DNA from: Bdellovibrionota bacterium
Lineage (GTDB): Bacteria; Bdellovibrionota_C; UBA2361; JBIKWN01
NCBI GenBank assembly: GCA_044351935.1
Contig: JBILET010000005.1
Location: forward strand, 1-16,863
Reading direction: 5' to 3'
DNA length: 16,863 nt
Part shown: in pieces, positions 1-8,269 of the stretch
Numbering within the stretch: position 1 is the first letter of the stretch
Layout: every line of letters starts with the position of its first letter
Notes under the pieces: model-generated
What the model was told of the DNA's origin: nothing
What the model saw: the letters and a program-made list of their open reading frames with translations, nothing else
Databases searched by the model: none
Translations under genes and position numbers: made by a program

Positions 1-1818
1 CTGTGCGTTTTCGTTAAATTCACGTTGTTCTGTGGTGACTGCTGAGCACGCATAAAGTGGGTCTTGTTTTAACTCTGATGGATCTTGATCTGCGGTATCC
101 ATCTGGGTATGTCCATTTTGTGTTGCTGTAGGAAGAATTAGTTTTACATAAGATTTAAGGTTCTGCGGTATAAGCTCATCGGGCAAAACATCAGAGGGAT
201 TAAATTGGCAATTTTGTGCATTTAATTGAATCTGGCCAGCTGGTAGTAATTCGATTGGCTTTTCGCTCCAAGTTTCGCTGCCTGGTATTGCGTCAGTAGC
301 AGGGCAAGCTGCTACTTTTTGATCGTAAGTTATAGCACCAAAATTTGATGGACAATCAGTTCGTAAATTTGAACTACACTGTCCTCGTCCTAGATCTAAT
401 GGTTGATCATAATCATTAAAGTTAGTTGTATAGTCAGAATCTCTTTTAAGCTCGATTCCGACATTCGATTGAGTGATACACGAAGCATTTACAGAAGCTA
501 ATATCCCCTGTGCGGCACCGCAACTTGGATCAAAGATATCGTAATCGGTTGTTCCTATATTCTGTCCAAAGGTAACAGCTCCACCTTTTTGACATTGCTG
601 CTCATTACATTGAGTCTTTGTCATTCTGCCTGCACACGCAGTTTGAGGTAACGATAACACTTCTGGTTTTGCCAAACGAAGATCTGCATTAGTTAGGCTC
701 CAGCTGATTTTTTGGTTTGAAGGACAGACGTATGGGACACCATTAGAATCGCGCTCAGTTGGTTTACTGATATAAACCTGTACCCTTACAAGACTACCCC
801 AAGGTGCAATTATTCCGTGCGTGCCATATGATAGATCAATATTATAGCCAGAACCCCGCATCTCCTCTCTATTAAATCCACGAGGATAAAAGTTTGCGCT
901 TTCTTCTGTAGAGAATTCTTGTCCACCCAGTTTTTGAGGAGCACTCCAAGTAGAGCCGCCATTAGTAGAGTAGGAATATTGAATGTTTAAGTGTGCAGCA
1001 GCTCTGGTATTAGTAGTTTGATTATTTAGAAGTGAATTTGCAGCAGCACCATTTAATTTAAAATATAATTTGGCATTTCTTAGGTCTTTAACATCACAAG
1101 AAATATTTCTAGTGTCTTTTCTGTCGCCTATTACGTTTTTACAGTACTGAATCAAATTAAGATGAGGATCATTAATTACATCTTCACGATTAGGAACTCG
1201 AAAACGAGCAGAACCATAAGGATCACCAAGTTCGTCCCGACCAATCGTTGGAAGATTACGACACTCTTTATAACTTCCAAGCGCACCTTGAGAAGTAGCT
1301 CCGTCAAAGCTATATCCATCGCTCATTGTGGCAAGTCTTAGGTTGCTATGACCACTAACAGTTGGAACTTCGTAAGATAAAATTTTTGCAGTTCCAGCAC
1401 CGTTAAACCAAGGTTTATCTGCTCGCCAGTTTCTTACATCAGCTTGGAACCAGACCTGATCTAAAACTGTGGCTCTAATTGAGCCGTATGAATAGTTTGG
1501 CAGCAACAATCTTTTTTCAAGACCATCATAATCAAACATGTTTGAAAAAAATGGTGGAATATAAAGATTATTTTGTGGAATTGTTATCGCTGGGCTAACT
1601 GAAGTGCATCCTGAATCGGTTGGATACAAACATCGAACACCTTCAGTGGCTGCTTGTTTTGCTGTGTGATAGCTTCTTAAATAATTAGCTACATCGATTG
1701 TGCCAAGAGTAAACATTAGTACCGCTGGGACAACTATTGCGGTTTCTAACATTGAAAATCCGCGTTGCTTATGGCGGTTAAAAAGAATTTTAAATGCCGC
1801 CAATATTTTTTCGCTCAT
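1..1818 (-). CDS. Large secreted cysteine-rich protein with TadE-like (Flp pilus pseudopilin/TadG-type) N-terminal domain; 5' part only, the C-terminal end lies beyond the window start
   Basis: The ORF track missed this ORF because it runs off the edge. Reverse-complement ATG is at 1816-1818. I checked every minus-frame codon from 1818 down to 1 (606 codons) and found no stop. The N-terminus MSEKILAAFKILFNRHKQRGFSMLETAIVVPAVLMFTLGTIDVANYLRSYHTAKQAATEGV matches the TadE-like hydrophobic segment pattern (basic stretch, then E-x-A-I/L-V-x-P-x-L, then a hydrophobic run). The rest is hydrophilic with at least 15 Cys (RCLYPTDSGC, TACAGRMTKTQCNEQQCQKGG, DPSCGAAQGILASVNASC, GQCSSNLRTDCPSNFG, AACPATD and others). 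There is one Asp-box-like motif, YSTNGGSTW. Confidence 0.72.
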   Translation of the reverse strand, partial: MSEKILAAFKILFNRHKQRGFSMLETAIVVPAVLMFTLGTIDVANYLRSYHTAKQAATEGVRCLYPTDSGCTSVSPAITIPQNNLYIPPFFSNMFDYDGLEKRLLLPNYSYGSIRATVLDQVWFQADVRNWRADKPWFNGAGTAKILSYEVPTVSGHSNLRLATMSDGYSFDGATSQGALGSYKECRNLPTIGRDELGDPYGSARFRVPNREDVINDPHLNLIQYCKNVIGDRKDTRNISCDVKDLRNAKLYFKLNGAAANSLLNNQTTNTRAAAHLNIQYSYSTNGGSTWSAPQKLGGQEFSTEESANFYPRGFNREEMRGSGYNIDLSYGTHGIIAPWGSLVRVQVYISKPTERDSNGVPYVCPSNQKISWSLTNADLRLAKPEVLSLPQTACAGRMTKTQCNEQQCQKGGAVTFGQNIGTTDYDIFDPSCGAAQGILASVNASCITQSNVGIELKRDSDYTTNFNDYDQPLDLGRGQCSSNLRTDCPSNFGAITYDQKVAACPATDAIPGSETWSEKPIELLPAGQIQLNAQNCQFNPSDVLPDELIPQNLKSYVKLILPTATQNGHTQMDTADQDPSELKQDPLYACSAVTTEQREFNENAQ

Positions 1819-2041
1819 AATGCACTTATTTTTAAAAGACTTCTAAACTAAGTATCGTTAAAACTCGCGAAAAGTTTCCGATGTCCTAGCATCTCTTCTT
1901 GGTGGGGGATAATCAAGCAAATTTTTACTGGCGTAACTTATTGATTATACAGCACTTATCGCATTCCTAATTAATTCTAATTTAGTTCAGACCTAGTAGT
2001 TAACACGTTAATAATAATATATATTTCCTTTCGGCAAATGA
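1819..2041. promoter_or_regulatory. Divergent intergenic region (223 bp) between the TadE-like gene and the polytopic membrane-protein gene; presumably holds both promoters
   Basis: The two genes are head-to-head. The interval is AT-rich, with no ORF of 60 aa or more on either strand. I could not pick out a confident -35/-10 pair. Confidence 0.3.
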
Positions 2042-2044
2042 GTG

Positions 2045-4060
2045 ATGATTCCCTACGTTAACAGAACAATATCATTAATTGGTGTTTTTTTACTGTTAAC
2101 GCTAGTTTTCTTACAGTTTAAATATCTACTACCAACTTGTATTTCTGCTGAAGTTATCAGGCCCCTGTTTTCATCAACTCTTGCAATAATATCTTTAACT
2201 ACATTCGGTTGGTGTCTACAACACAGACTAACCAAAACATCTCCATCATTTGGACCTGTTCAACTTGGGGTAGGTCAGATTTTTCTAATTATTCTACTTT
2301 ACTTAAGGTCCCTTGTTAGTGCCAATAGTAGCAACTTATCTTTTTCAATATTTAATTTTAATTGTTGGGATATAACTGTTGTATGTTTTGGATTTATCCT
2401 CTACGAAATTAGATCACTCAATACCAGACAACTGCTGTATGGCTCGATTAAAGAAAATTACCTAAGCCTAGTTATAATAGCTGCTGCAATTTACTTGATC
2501 ATTCTGCGCGATTTACCTCAATCAGTAATGATGTCGACCGATCCAGATCAGCATCTTTATTTTGCTTCGCGAATACTATTTAGTGGCGGCATACCTTGGT
2601 CACAAGGTCATATAGGACCAAATTCTTTTAACTATCCTGCTGGTTTTGCATCTTTAGTTGCAATTTGGGTGCGAATAGGATTTTTTGATCTAAAATCTTG
2701 TTTAGCTGTTTTACCTACAATTCAGTCAATTTTAGCAGTTTCAATTTGCGCACAGATTGTAATTCCGCCTTCGTGTCTAAATAAAAATTCAAGTTGGCGT
2801 TGCTTATTAATAATTTTATTTATTATTTTTTCTATTTTCACCTTTACAAATGAACATCGATTTTATCATCTACAAGGCACTGGTCGCATAGCTTCATGGA
2901 TGATAGTAGCAACTGTTATTTATTCTGCATTTAATCGAAACATTTTTTGGTTAAGTGTCGCAACATTTGGTTGCGTAGTTTTGGCATATATAAACCCTAT
3001 ATTACCAATTATTCCTGGACTACTTGTTATCATTAGGATTATCTGGCAGATGATTTCTAATTTTAGTTTAAGAATTATCTATTTAATATCAACGATAATT
3101 TTAGTTTCGATATTCCTAATTTTAATAGACCCATACTATTTTAAAATACTTGCCACTTACACTATAAGCCAATCACAAATTACAGATAATCAAGCACAGA
3201 CTTTGTTGGCAAACATCTCGTTTCCAAACTTTATTCCACCTTTGTTGGGTGATTGGGCATTTGCCATTTTAGCAACTCTTCTTGGAGTATCTTTGATGCA
3301 TTGTCTTATTAATCGAGACATACGTAACCTAGTCATCGTTACGGCGTTGCCACTACTTATTTGTTTAGCTCATTTTATTAGCCCGATTCTATATAAGCTG
3401 TCTTCAGTAGCTCCTGGAGGAGCGCTACTGATTCCATACTTTGGTTTTTCAATGTATCAATTTATAACTTTATGGCTAATCATACTTATCGCTCTGACAG
3501 TAAAATCAATTAACGATAACAATCTTGGCTTTTTTGCACTAACTAGCTTCTTTTTATTTAATTTTCAGAATATTAACGATAAACGAGATCAAATCGGATT
3601 GATTAATATAAAACCGCGTCAGGAATATTGCGAATGTTGTCCGATTATTTCGCACGATGATGAAAAATTATTTGCATATATGCAGACTCAATATAAAGAG
3701 TATGTCGCAAACAACAGGCCAACAGACTTCAAATCTATTCCTAAGATCTTAATCCCCAATGCTCCTGACTTTATAAACGGCGAGAAGTGGATTTTTCCTA
3801 TTGGCGCTACCCGCATACTACCTTTGTATCAAACATTCCCTTTAGCTTTTTTTTACGGACAAGGTAGCGATGATTACTCATCAGAAATCTACAAGAAAAA
3901 AGTTTGCAGGGACTTGGATCTTCGTTGGATGGCAGTTAGAAATATTCGTTATATAGTCCTGCCTTCGAAAGAAAAAGGCTGTATAAGGGGGCTAAATTAT
4001 ACAGACGACGATATTATCTTTCGTTCTGACAATGCAAAACTTGTTAAGTTATTTGATTAG
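2045..4060 (+). CDS. Polytopic inner-membrane protein (about 14 predicted TM helices plus about 150-aa C-terminal soluble domain); architecture resembles GT-C-fold glycosyltransferases/oligosaccharyltransferases, but function is unproven
   Basis: This is the 672-aa ORF from the track (2042..4060, which begins GTG then ATG; the probable start is ATG 2045). It is extremely hydrophobic through about residue 515, with many I/L/F-rich 20-aa segments. A short polar loop DPDQHLYFASRILFSGGIPW lies after the first TM cluster, where GT-C enzymes carry an acidic motif. The hydrophilic C-terminal domain (DKRDQIGLINIKPRQEYCECCPII...LVKLFD) has no motif I recognise. Confidence 0.78.
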   Translation: MIPYVNRTISLIGVFLLLTLVFLQFKYLLPTCISAEVIRPLFSSTLAIISLTTFGWCLQHRLTKTSPSFGPVQLGVGQIFLIILLYLRSLVSANSSNLSFSIFNFNCWDITVVCFGFILYEIRSLNTRQLLYGSIKENYLSLVIIAAAIYLIILRDLPQSVMMSTDPDQHLYFASRILFSGGIPWSQGHIGPNSFNYPAGFASLVAIWVRIGFFDLKSCLAVLPTIQSILAVSICAQIVIPPSCLNKNSSWRCLLIILFIIFSIFTFTNEHRFYHLQGTGRIASWMIVATVIYSAFNRNIFWLSVATFGCVVLAYINPILPIIPGLLVIIRIIWQMISNFSLRIIYLISTIILVSIFLILIDPYYFKILATYTISQSQITDNQAQTLLANISFPNFIPPLLGDWAFAILATLLGVSLMHCLINRDIRNLVIVTALPLLICLAHFISPILYKLSSVAPGGALLIPYFGFSMYQFITLWLIILIALTVKSINDNNLGFFALTSFFLFNFQNINDKRDQIGLINIKPRQEYCECCPIISHDDEKLFAYMQTQYKEYVANNRPTDFKSIPKILIPNAPDFINGEKWIFPIGATRILPLYQTFPLAFFYGQGSDDYSSEIYKKKVCRDLDLRWMAVRNIRYIVLPSKEKGCIRGLNYTDDDIIFRSDNAKLVKLFD

Positions 4061-4116
4061 ATTCCTTACAGTTTTACTGCCACCTACCATAATCCAAATA
4101 GGTAGATATTTATTTG

Positions 4117-5289
4117 ATGACCCAAAATTTATCGTTTCAACAGGAAATACCTGACGTTCATTTTGAAGTTGCTACCGACTTACAGAATCTAAGAGGGCTA
4201 AAGCAACCAGTAAATATACAGTCCTATTTTGCAGATCTAGAAGAAATACTAAACGAGTTGGGGGTAAATCAAGATCACAAAAAAGAACTCTTAGGATTAA
4301 TTAACAAAAAAAGGTCCAAACAAAAACTAGATGTTATCTCTAATATTTTTGATGGCAGGATTATTGCTCAAGCAGAGCTACAAGAATCCTCAGGCTTTAT
4401 ATTAGCAAATTTTTCCGACAAGATTACCTTGCTTGCCGAATATACATTTGCGCTAATTGCAGTAGATAAAGATATTGTTTTTTGCGAACAGATCTTTACA
4501 AATAATATGAACGATAAAAATAGATATAAATCGTTCGAAAAACAATTAGAGTCATTCCTTCATAATATCTTCGGGAATAAAAGTTCGGTTTTCGCCGTAC
4601 TTCTTGAAGATGAATTTAATGGCAATAACAGCGAAGCAAAAACTACATTTTTAAAAAGCTTTCTAGATCCCTTTATCCAATTCTATGATTCCGATCGATA
4701 TGATTCATTTATAGACAGAATATTTAGGATAATACGTGATAAAATAATTCGCATACCAAACGAAATTATAGATTTGTCTAGAGAAGGTTTAACTGGGCGC
4801 GAATCAGATTTAATTCGGTCCATACTAACAAGTCAAAACCACACTTTTGAGGAAAATAACTTTTCTAAAGATGAGATCACCCTCATCGACATTCTCAACC
4901 AAATTGAAGATCCAAATGAAAGATTAAGTGCATTAGAAGTATATTTTAATACTACTAGAAATTTATCTGCTAATATTTTAGCGCACTTATTAGTCAATGT
5001 ACCCAAGGGTCAAGATTGGGGTCATAAAAGCGGAAAATCTTTTGAGGCGCTTTATCTTGATATAACTGGTTCAATTAAAGGTCGAGATTGGGAGCGTGGC
5101 GGATTTCACAATTTAGATATACTGATTATGTATAAAGCAATAAAGGCTACAAAAGGTCCAATTAATGAGGAACAGAGAAAACTACTACAAGATTTATCTC
5201 AACAGATATTAAATTGCTCACTATTCACCAAAAAAAAGAAAAACCGACTTTCTTGCCGAATTAAAAAGTCTTTTTGTACATATGATTAA
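4117..5289 (+). CDS. Hypothetical soluble protein (about 390 aa), N/K/I-rich, no recognisable motif; probably co-transcribed with the upstream membrane protein
   Basis: The track ORF is 4114..5289 (TTG then ATG; the probable start is ATG 4117, with an AGGTAG Shine-Dalgarno-like sequence about 12 nt upstream). It lies 53 bp downstream of the 672-aa gene on the same strand with no terminator hairpin between them. GHKSGKS is a near-miss for a Walker A motif but has the wrong spacing. The C-terminus is lysine-rich (KKKKNRLSCRIKK). Confidence 0.72.
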   Translation: MTQNLSFQQEIPDVHFEVATDLQNLRGLKQPVNIQSYFADLEEILNELGVNQDHKKELLGLINKKRSKQKLDVISNIFDGRIIAQAELQESSGFILANFSDKITLLAEYTFALIAVDKDIVFCEQIFTNNMNDKNRYKSFEKQLESFLHNIFGNKSSVFAVLLEDEFNGNNSEAKTTFLKSFLDPFIQFYDSDRYDSFIDRIFRIIRDKIIRIPNEIIDLSREGLTGRESDLIRSILTSQNHTFEENNFSKDEITLIDILNQIEDPNERLSALEVYFNTTRNLSANILAHLLVNVPKGQDWGHKSGKSFEALYLDITGSIKGRDWERGGFHNLDILIMYKAIKATKGPINEEQRKLLQDLSQQILNCSLFTKKKKNRLSCRIKKSFCTYD

Positions 5290-5305
5290 CGATATTAAGT
5301 AATAT

Positions 5306-5998
5306 TTATAGCTTAAAACCGTAATAACCATAGGCAATACCTAACGTATAACTATCAAAGCAACATTTCTTAAACCCAACAGAATCCATTCTATCAATAA
5401 AATTTCCAGCACAAGGAAACGCTGCCGCAGTTTGAGGCAAATACTCGTATGCTTTTTTATTGCCAGTTAATACTCCTCCGATAACAGGCATAATGTATTT
5501 AGAGTAAAACTGGTAAAGACTTCTAAAAATTAAATTACTAGGTTGTCCAAACTCTAATATTGCAATTACTCCGCCAGGTTTAAGCACGCGATGTATTTCT
5601 GCTAAACCTTTATCAAGATCTTCAAAGTTTCTTACTCCAAAAGAAACAGTTACAACATCAAAGTGATTATCCGGAAAACTAAGATTAAGGGCATCACCTA
5701 CAACAAATTGCTCTTCTGGAAACCTTGTTCGCGCCACTTCCAACATGGGCTCACAGAAGTCCACCCCTGTAACCTTACTTGAATCTTTTGCAAATCGTTT
5801 TTTTAACAGCGGAACTAAATCCCCCGTACCGCACGCAAGATCCATAACGCTAGAAGCTGCACTGATTGGAATACGCTTAATAAATGACATCTTCCACAAA
5901 TGATGGGTACCAAAACTTAGTGCAAAATTGGTAATGTCATACTTAGGAGCAATCGATGAAAACATCGCTCGGACTTCAGAGCTAACTGGTTGGTGCAT
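5306..5998 (-). CDS. ubiE: Demethylmenaquinone/ubiquinone C-methyltransferase (UbiE/MenG, class I SAM-dependent methyltransferase)
   Basis: VRAMFSSIAPKYDITNFALSFGTHHLWK aligns with E. coli UbiE ([25 protein letters not shown]). The SAM motif VMDLACGTGDL is present, and the C-terminal half matches (VLKPGG, LEFGQP, YLPQTAAAFP). Confidence 0.88.
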   Translation of the reverse strand: MHQPVSSEVRAMFSSIAPKYDITNFALSFGTHHLWKMSFIKRIPISAASSVMDLACGTGDLVPLLKKRFAKDSSKVTGVDFCEPMLEVARTRFPEEQFVVGDALNLSFPDNHFDVVTVSFGVRNFEDLDKGLAEIHRVLKPGGVIAILEFGQPSNLIFRSLYQFYSKYIMPVIGGVLTGNKKAYEYLPQTAAAFPCAGNFIDRMDSVGFKKCCFDSYTLGIAYGYYGFKL

Positions 5999-6028
5999 AT
6001 TGGTTATAAGGGTACTAGAAATTAAGAA

Positions 6029-6739
6029 ATGAATAAAATTTTGAACATATTTGCTGACTGTATACCACTTTTTGGTGGCCTTTTTGTAGTTACCTCTAGA
6101 CCTGCTCCGATTGATTTAAGCCAATACTTGGCTCTTTATTTGATATGGCTACTAAGCACCCTTGTTTGGTCCTTTGTGTGCAATGTCATATCAGCCCTTA
6201 TACCGTCAGAGACAGATACAACGTATAAATCAGCTCTAAGAGTGCTGATACTTTTTTGCGTGATTCTTTTTGTAGGAGTACTGATGGTGCTTCTTCACTA
6301 TCGTGCAAATGTAATGGTCTCGCAAACCATTCTTATTTTGTTGCTACTATTAGCTGCTTCATACCGGTTTCAACGAAGCCAACAACATAATCTAGTCTTA
6401 TTAACTATTGTTCCTTATCAGATAATTGCTTGTTTACTTTCGTTCCAGTTAGTCATTACAGCTTTTGACTGGCAATCGATTGTTTACAGTATTGGATTTG
6501 GGCTAATAACTTCTTCTTTAAGGCTATCTCAAACTAACCCTAAGCACTCGCAAAACTCATTAACAATAGGTGCCTTAGTTTTCTCATCACTTGCACTTTT
6601 GGCCTCTTTGCCCAAGACATATCTGTTTCCAGTAGCTTTAATTGCCCTACAAAACTGGGCTTCTAATAAAAATTTGTGGCTGCGCTGCTTACCAGCGGCT
6701 CTATTTATTGCTATGCTTACAGTCTTAGCTTTTATTTAA
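6029..6739 (+). CDS. Hypothetical polytopic membrane protein (about 7-8 TM helices, 236 aa)
   Basis: The whole ORF is hydrophobic. It has no Asp-rich UbiA motif and no recognisable catalytic motif. Its start lies only 30 bp from the divergent ubiE start, and it ends 9 bp before glyQS. Confidence 0.65.
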   Translation: MNKILNIFADCIPLFGGLFVVTSRPAPIDLSQYLALYLIWLLSTLVWSFVCNVISALIPSETDTTYKSALRVLILFCVILFVGVLMVLLHYRANVMVSQTILILLLLLAASYRFQRSQQHNLVLLTIVPYQIIACLLSFQLVITAFDWQSIVYSIGFGLITSSLRLSQTNPKHSQNSLTIGALVFSSLALLASLPKTYLFPVALIALQNWASNKNLWLRCLPAALFIAMLTVLAFI

Positions 6740-6748
6740 TTTTACACT

Positions 6749-8269
6749 ATGAGCTTAGATACTCTTCAAAAAATTGTTTCTCTTTGTAAACGCCGTGGTT
6801 TTGTTTTTCAATCCAGCGAAATTTATGGTGGCCTTAAAAGTGCTTACGACTTTGGTCCCCTTGGCGTTGAACTAAAACGTAACATCGCTCAAGAATGGTG
6901 GCGTTGCATGGTTCACGAACGCGAGGACGTTGTAGGAATTGATGCATCAATTGTTATGCACCCTAACGTCTGGAAAGCAAGTGGCCACTTGGCTGGATTT
7001 TCGGATCCTCTTGTTGATTGCCTTAACTGCAAAGAACGTTTTCGCGCTGATAAAGCTCCTAAAAAAAATCCTGGCGAAAAAGTTACTTTTAGAAAAGGCG
7101 GCAAAAATGATGGCGAAGTTGTGAACGCTGTTGTTTCTCAATGCGGTTATGTTTGCCCTAATTGCGGAAGCACTCTTCTATCAGATGAAAGACAATTTAA
7201 TTTGATGTTTAGAACTTCAATTGGGCCAGTAGATCCAATTGAAGCAATAGTCGGCGAAATTCAAAAAGGCGAACTTGCTACTGCCGACAGAAAAACGATT
7301 CGTGAAAGATTAGACGAGATTATTAAAGATAGCGCACTTTATCTGCGCCCTGAAACAGCGCAAGCCATGTTTGTTCAGTTTTTGAATGTTCAACAAAGCA
7401 TGTCGATGAAAGTTCCATTTGGAATTGCTCAAGTTGGAAAATCATTTCGAAACGAAATTACTACTGAAAAATTCATTTTTAGGACTTGTGAATTTGAGCA
7501 GATGGAAATGGAATTTTTCTGCGAGCCAGGAACTCAAAGTGAATGGATGAAGTTTTGGTCGAACTATAGACTTCAGTGGTGGCAAGGTTACGCTAACAAT
7601 AAAGATGCTTTTAAATTACGTGCACACGAAGCTGATGAACTAGCCCACTATGCAGATGGCTGCTTTGACATAGAATATAACTACCCATGGGGTTGGGATG
7701 AACTAGAGGGTGTTGCGTCTAGAACGAACTACGATCTAACTAAACATGCAGAACACTCAGGAGTTAAGTTAAGTTATTTCGACCAGCAAAAAAACAATCC
7801 CGAGACAGGAAAACCTGGATATAGATATGTTCCTTATGTTATCGAACCTGCGGCTGGATTAACTAGAGGAGTCCTTGCCTTGTTGTGCGATGCGTACACT
7901 GAAGAAACTGGTGTTGACGCTGAAGGAGCTGAAAAAACTCGTGTATTGTTAAAACTTCACCCTCGTCTTGCCCCAATTAAAGTAGCAGTACTCCCATTAC
8001 TTAAAAAAGATGGAATGCCTGAAGCGGCTCGCAAGATTGTTAATACATTTTTCAAGGCAGGGATTAACGCAAGTTATGACGAGCAGCAATCTATTGGAAA
8101 AAGATATGCTAGACACGATGAAGTTGGTACACCATTTTGCATAACAGTCGATCACCAAACGCTGACAGATTCTACTGTTACTATTAGGTATCGCGACACA
8201 ACAAAACAAGAGAGAGTCGCTTCAAGCGAATTACTTGGACTTGTTCAGAAATCACTTCTAGAAAGTTAG
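6749..8269 (+). CDS. glyQS: Glycyl-tRNA synthetase, homodimeric alpha2 (eukaryote/archaeal-like) type
   Basis: The N-terminus IVSLCKRRGFVFQSSEIYGGLKSAYDFGPLGVELKRNIAQEWW is canonical for alpha2 GlyRS. Class II motif 2 (FRNEITTEKFIFRTCEFEQMEMEFF) is present, and a C-terminal anticodon-binding region follows. An insertion carries C-x2-C ... C-x2-C (DCLNCKERF ... CPNCGS). Confidence 0.92.
   Translation: MSLDTLQKIVSLCKRRGFVFQSSEIYGGLKSAYDFGPLGVELKRNIAQEWWRCMVHEREDVVGIDASIVMHPNVWKASGHLAGFSDPLVDCLNCKERFRADKAPKKNPGEKVTFRKGGKNDGEVVNAVVSQCGYVCPNCGSTLLSDERQFNLMFRTSIGPVDPIEAIVGEIQKGELATADRKTIRERLDEIIKDSALYLRPETAQAMFVQFLNVQQSMSMKVPFGIAQVGKSFRNEITTEKFIFRTCEFEQMEMEFFCEPGTQSEWMKFWSNYRLQWWQGYANNKDAFKLRAHEADELAHYADGCFDIEYNYPWGWDELEGVASRTNYDLTKHAEHSGVKLSYFDQQKNNPETGKPGYRYVPYVIEPAAGLTRGVLALLCDAYTEETGVDAEGAEKTRVLLKLHPRLAPIKVAVLPLLKKDGMPEAARKIVNTFFKAGINASYDEQQSIGKRYARHDEVGTPFCITVDHQTLTDSTVTIRYRDTTKQERVASSELLGLVQKSLLES

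Noticed and set aside
2001-2014. Near-palindrome GTTAACACGTTAAT in the divergent promoter region as an operator
   Set aside because: The dyad is imperfect (GTTAAC and AACGTT are each self-palindromes but not a clean inverted repeat), so I cannot claim a binding site.
2053-2235. 60-aa minus-strand ORF overlapping the start of the 672-aa membrane-protein gene
   Set aside because: It is antisense and fully inside a much longer hydrophobic ORF, with no independent signals. I take it to be a chance ORF in AT-rich DNA.
5231-5244. A8-G-A5 homopolymer as a phase-variation switch
   Set aside because: The tract is short and A/T-based, and it sits at the extreme 3' end, so a frameshift would change only about 20 residues. 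I mention it only under the orphan gene.
5290-5305. Possible terminator between convergent 391-aa gene and ubiE (ATATTAAGTAATAT)
   Set aside because: It has only a 6-bp all-A/T stem with no flanking T-run, too weak to call.
7061-7068. A8 tract inside glyQS
   Set aside because: It encodes PKKN in an essential gene and is most likely just AT-rich codon usage, not a programmed frameshift.
6913-7141. Three small ORFs (61-64 aa, both strands) inside glyQS
   Set aside because: They lie inside or antisense to a highly conserved aaRS coding region. The lysine-rich translations are typical of out-of-frame reads of A-rich sequence.
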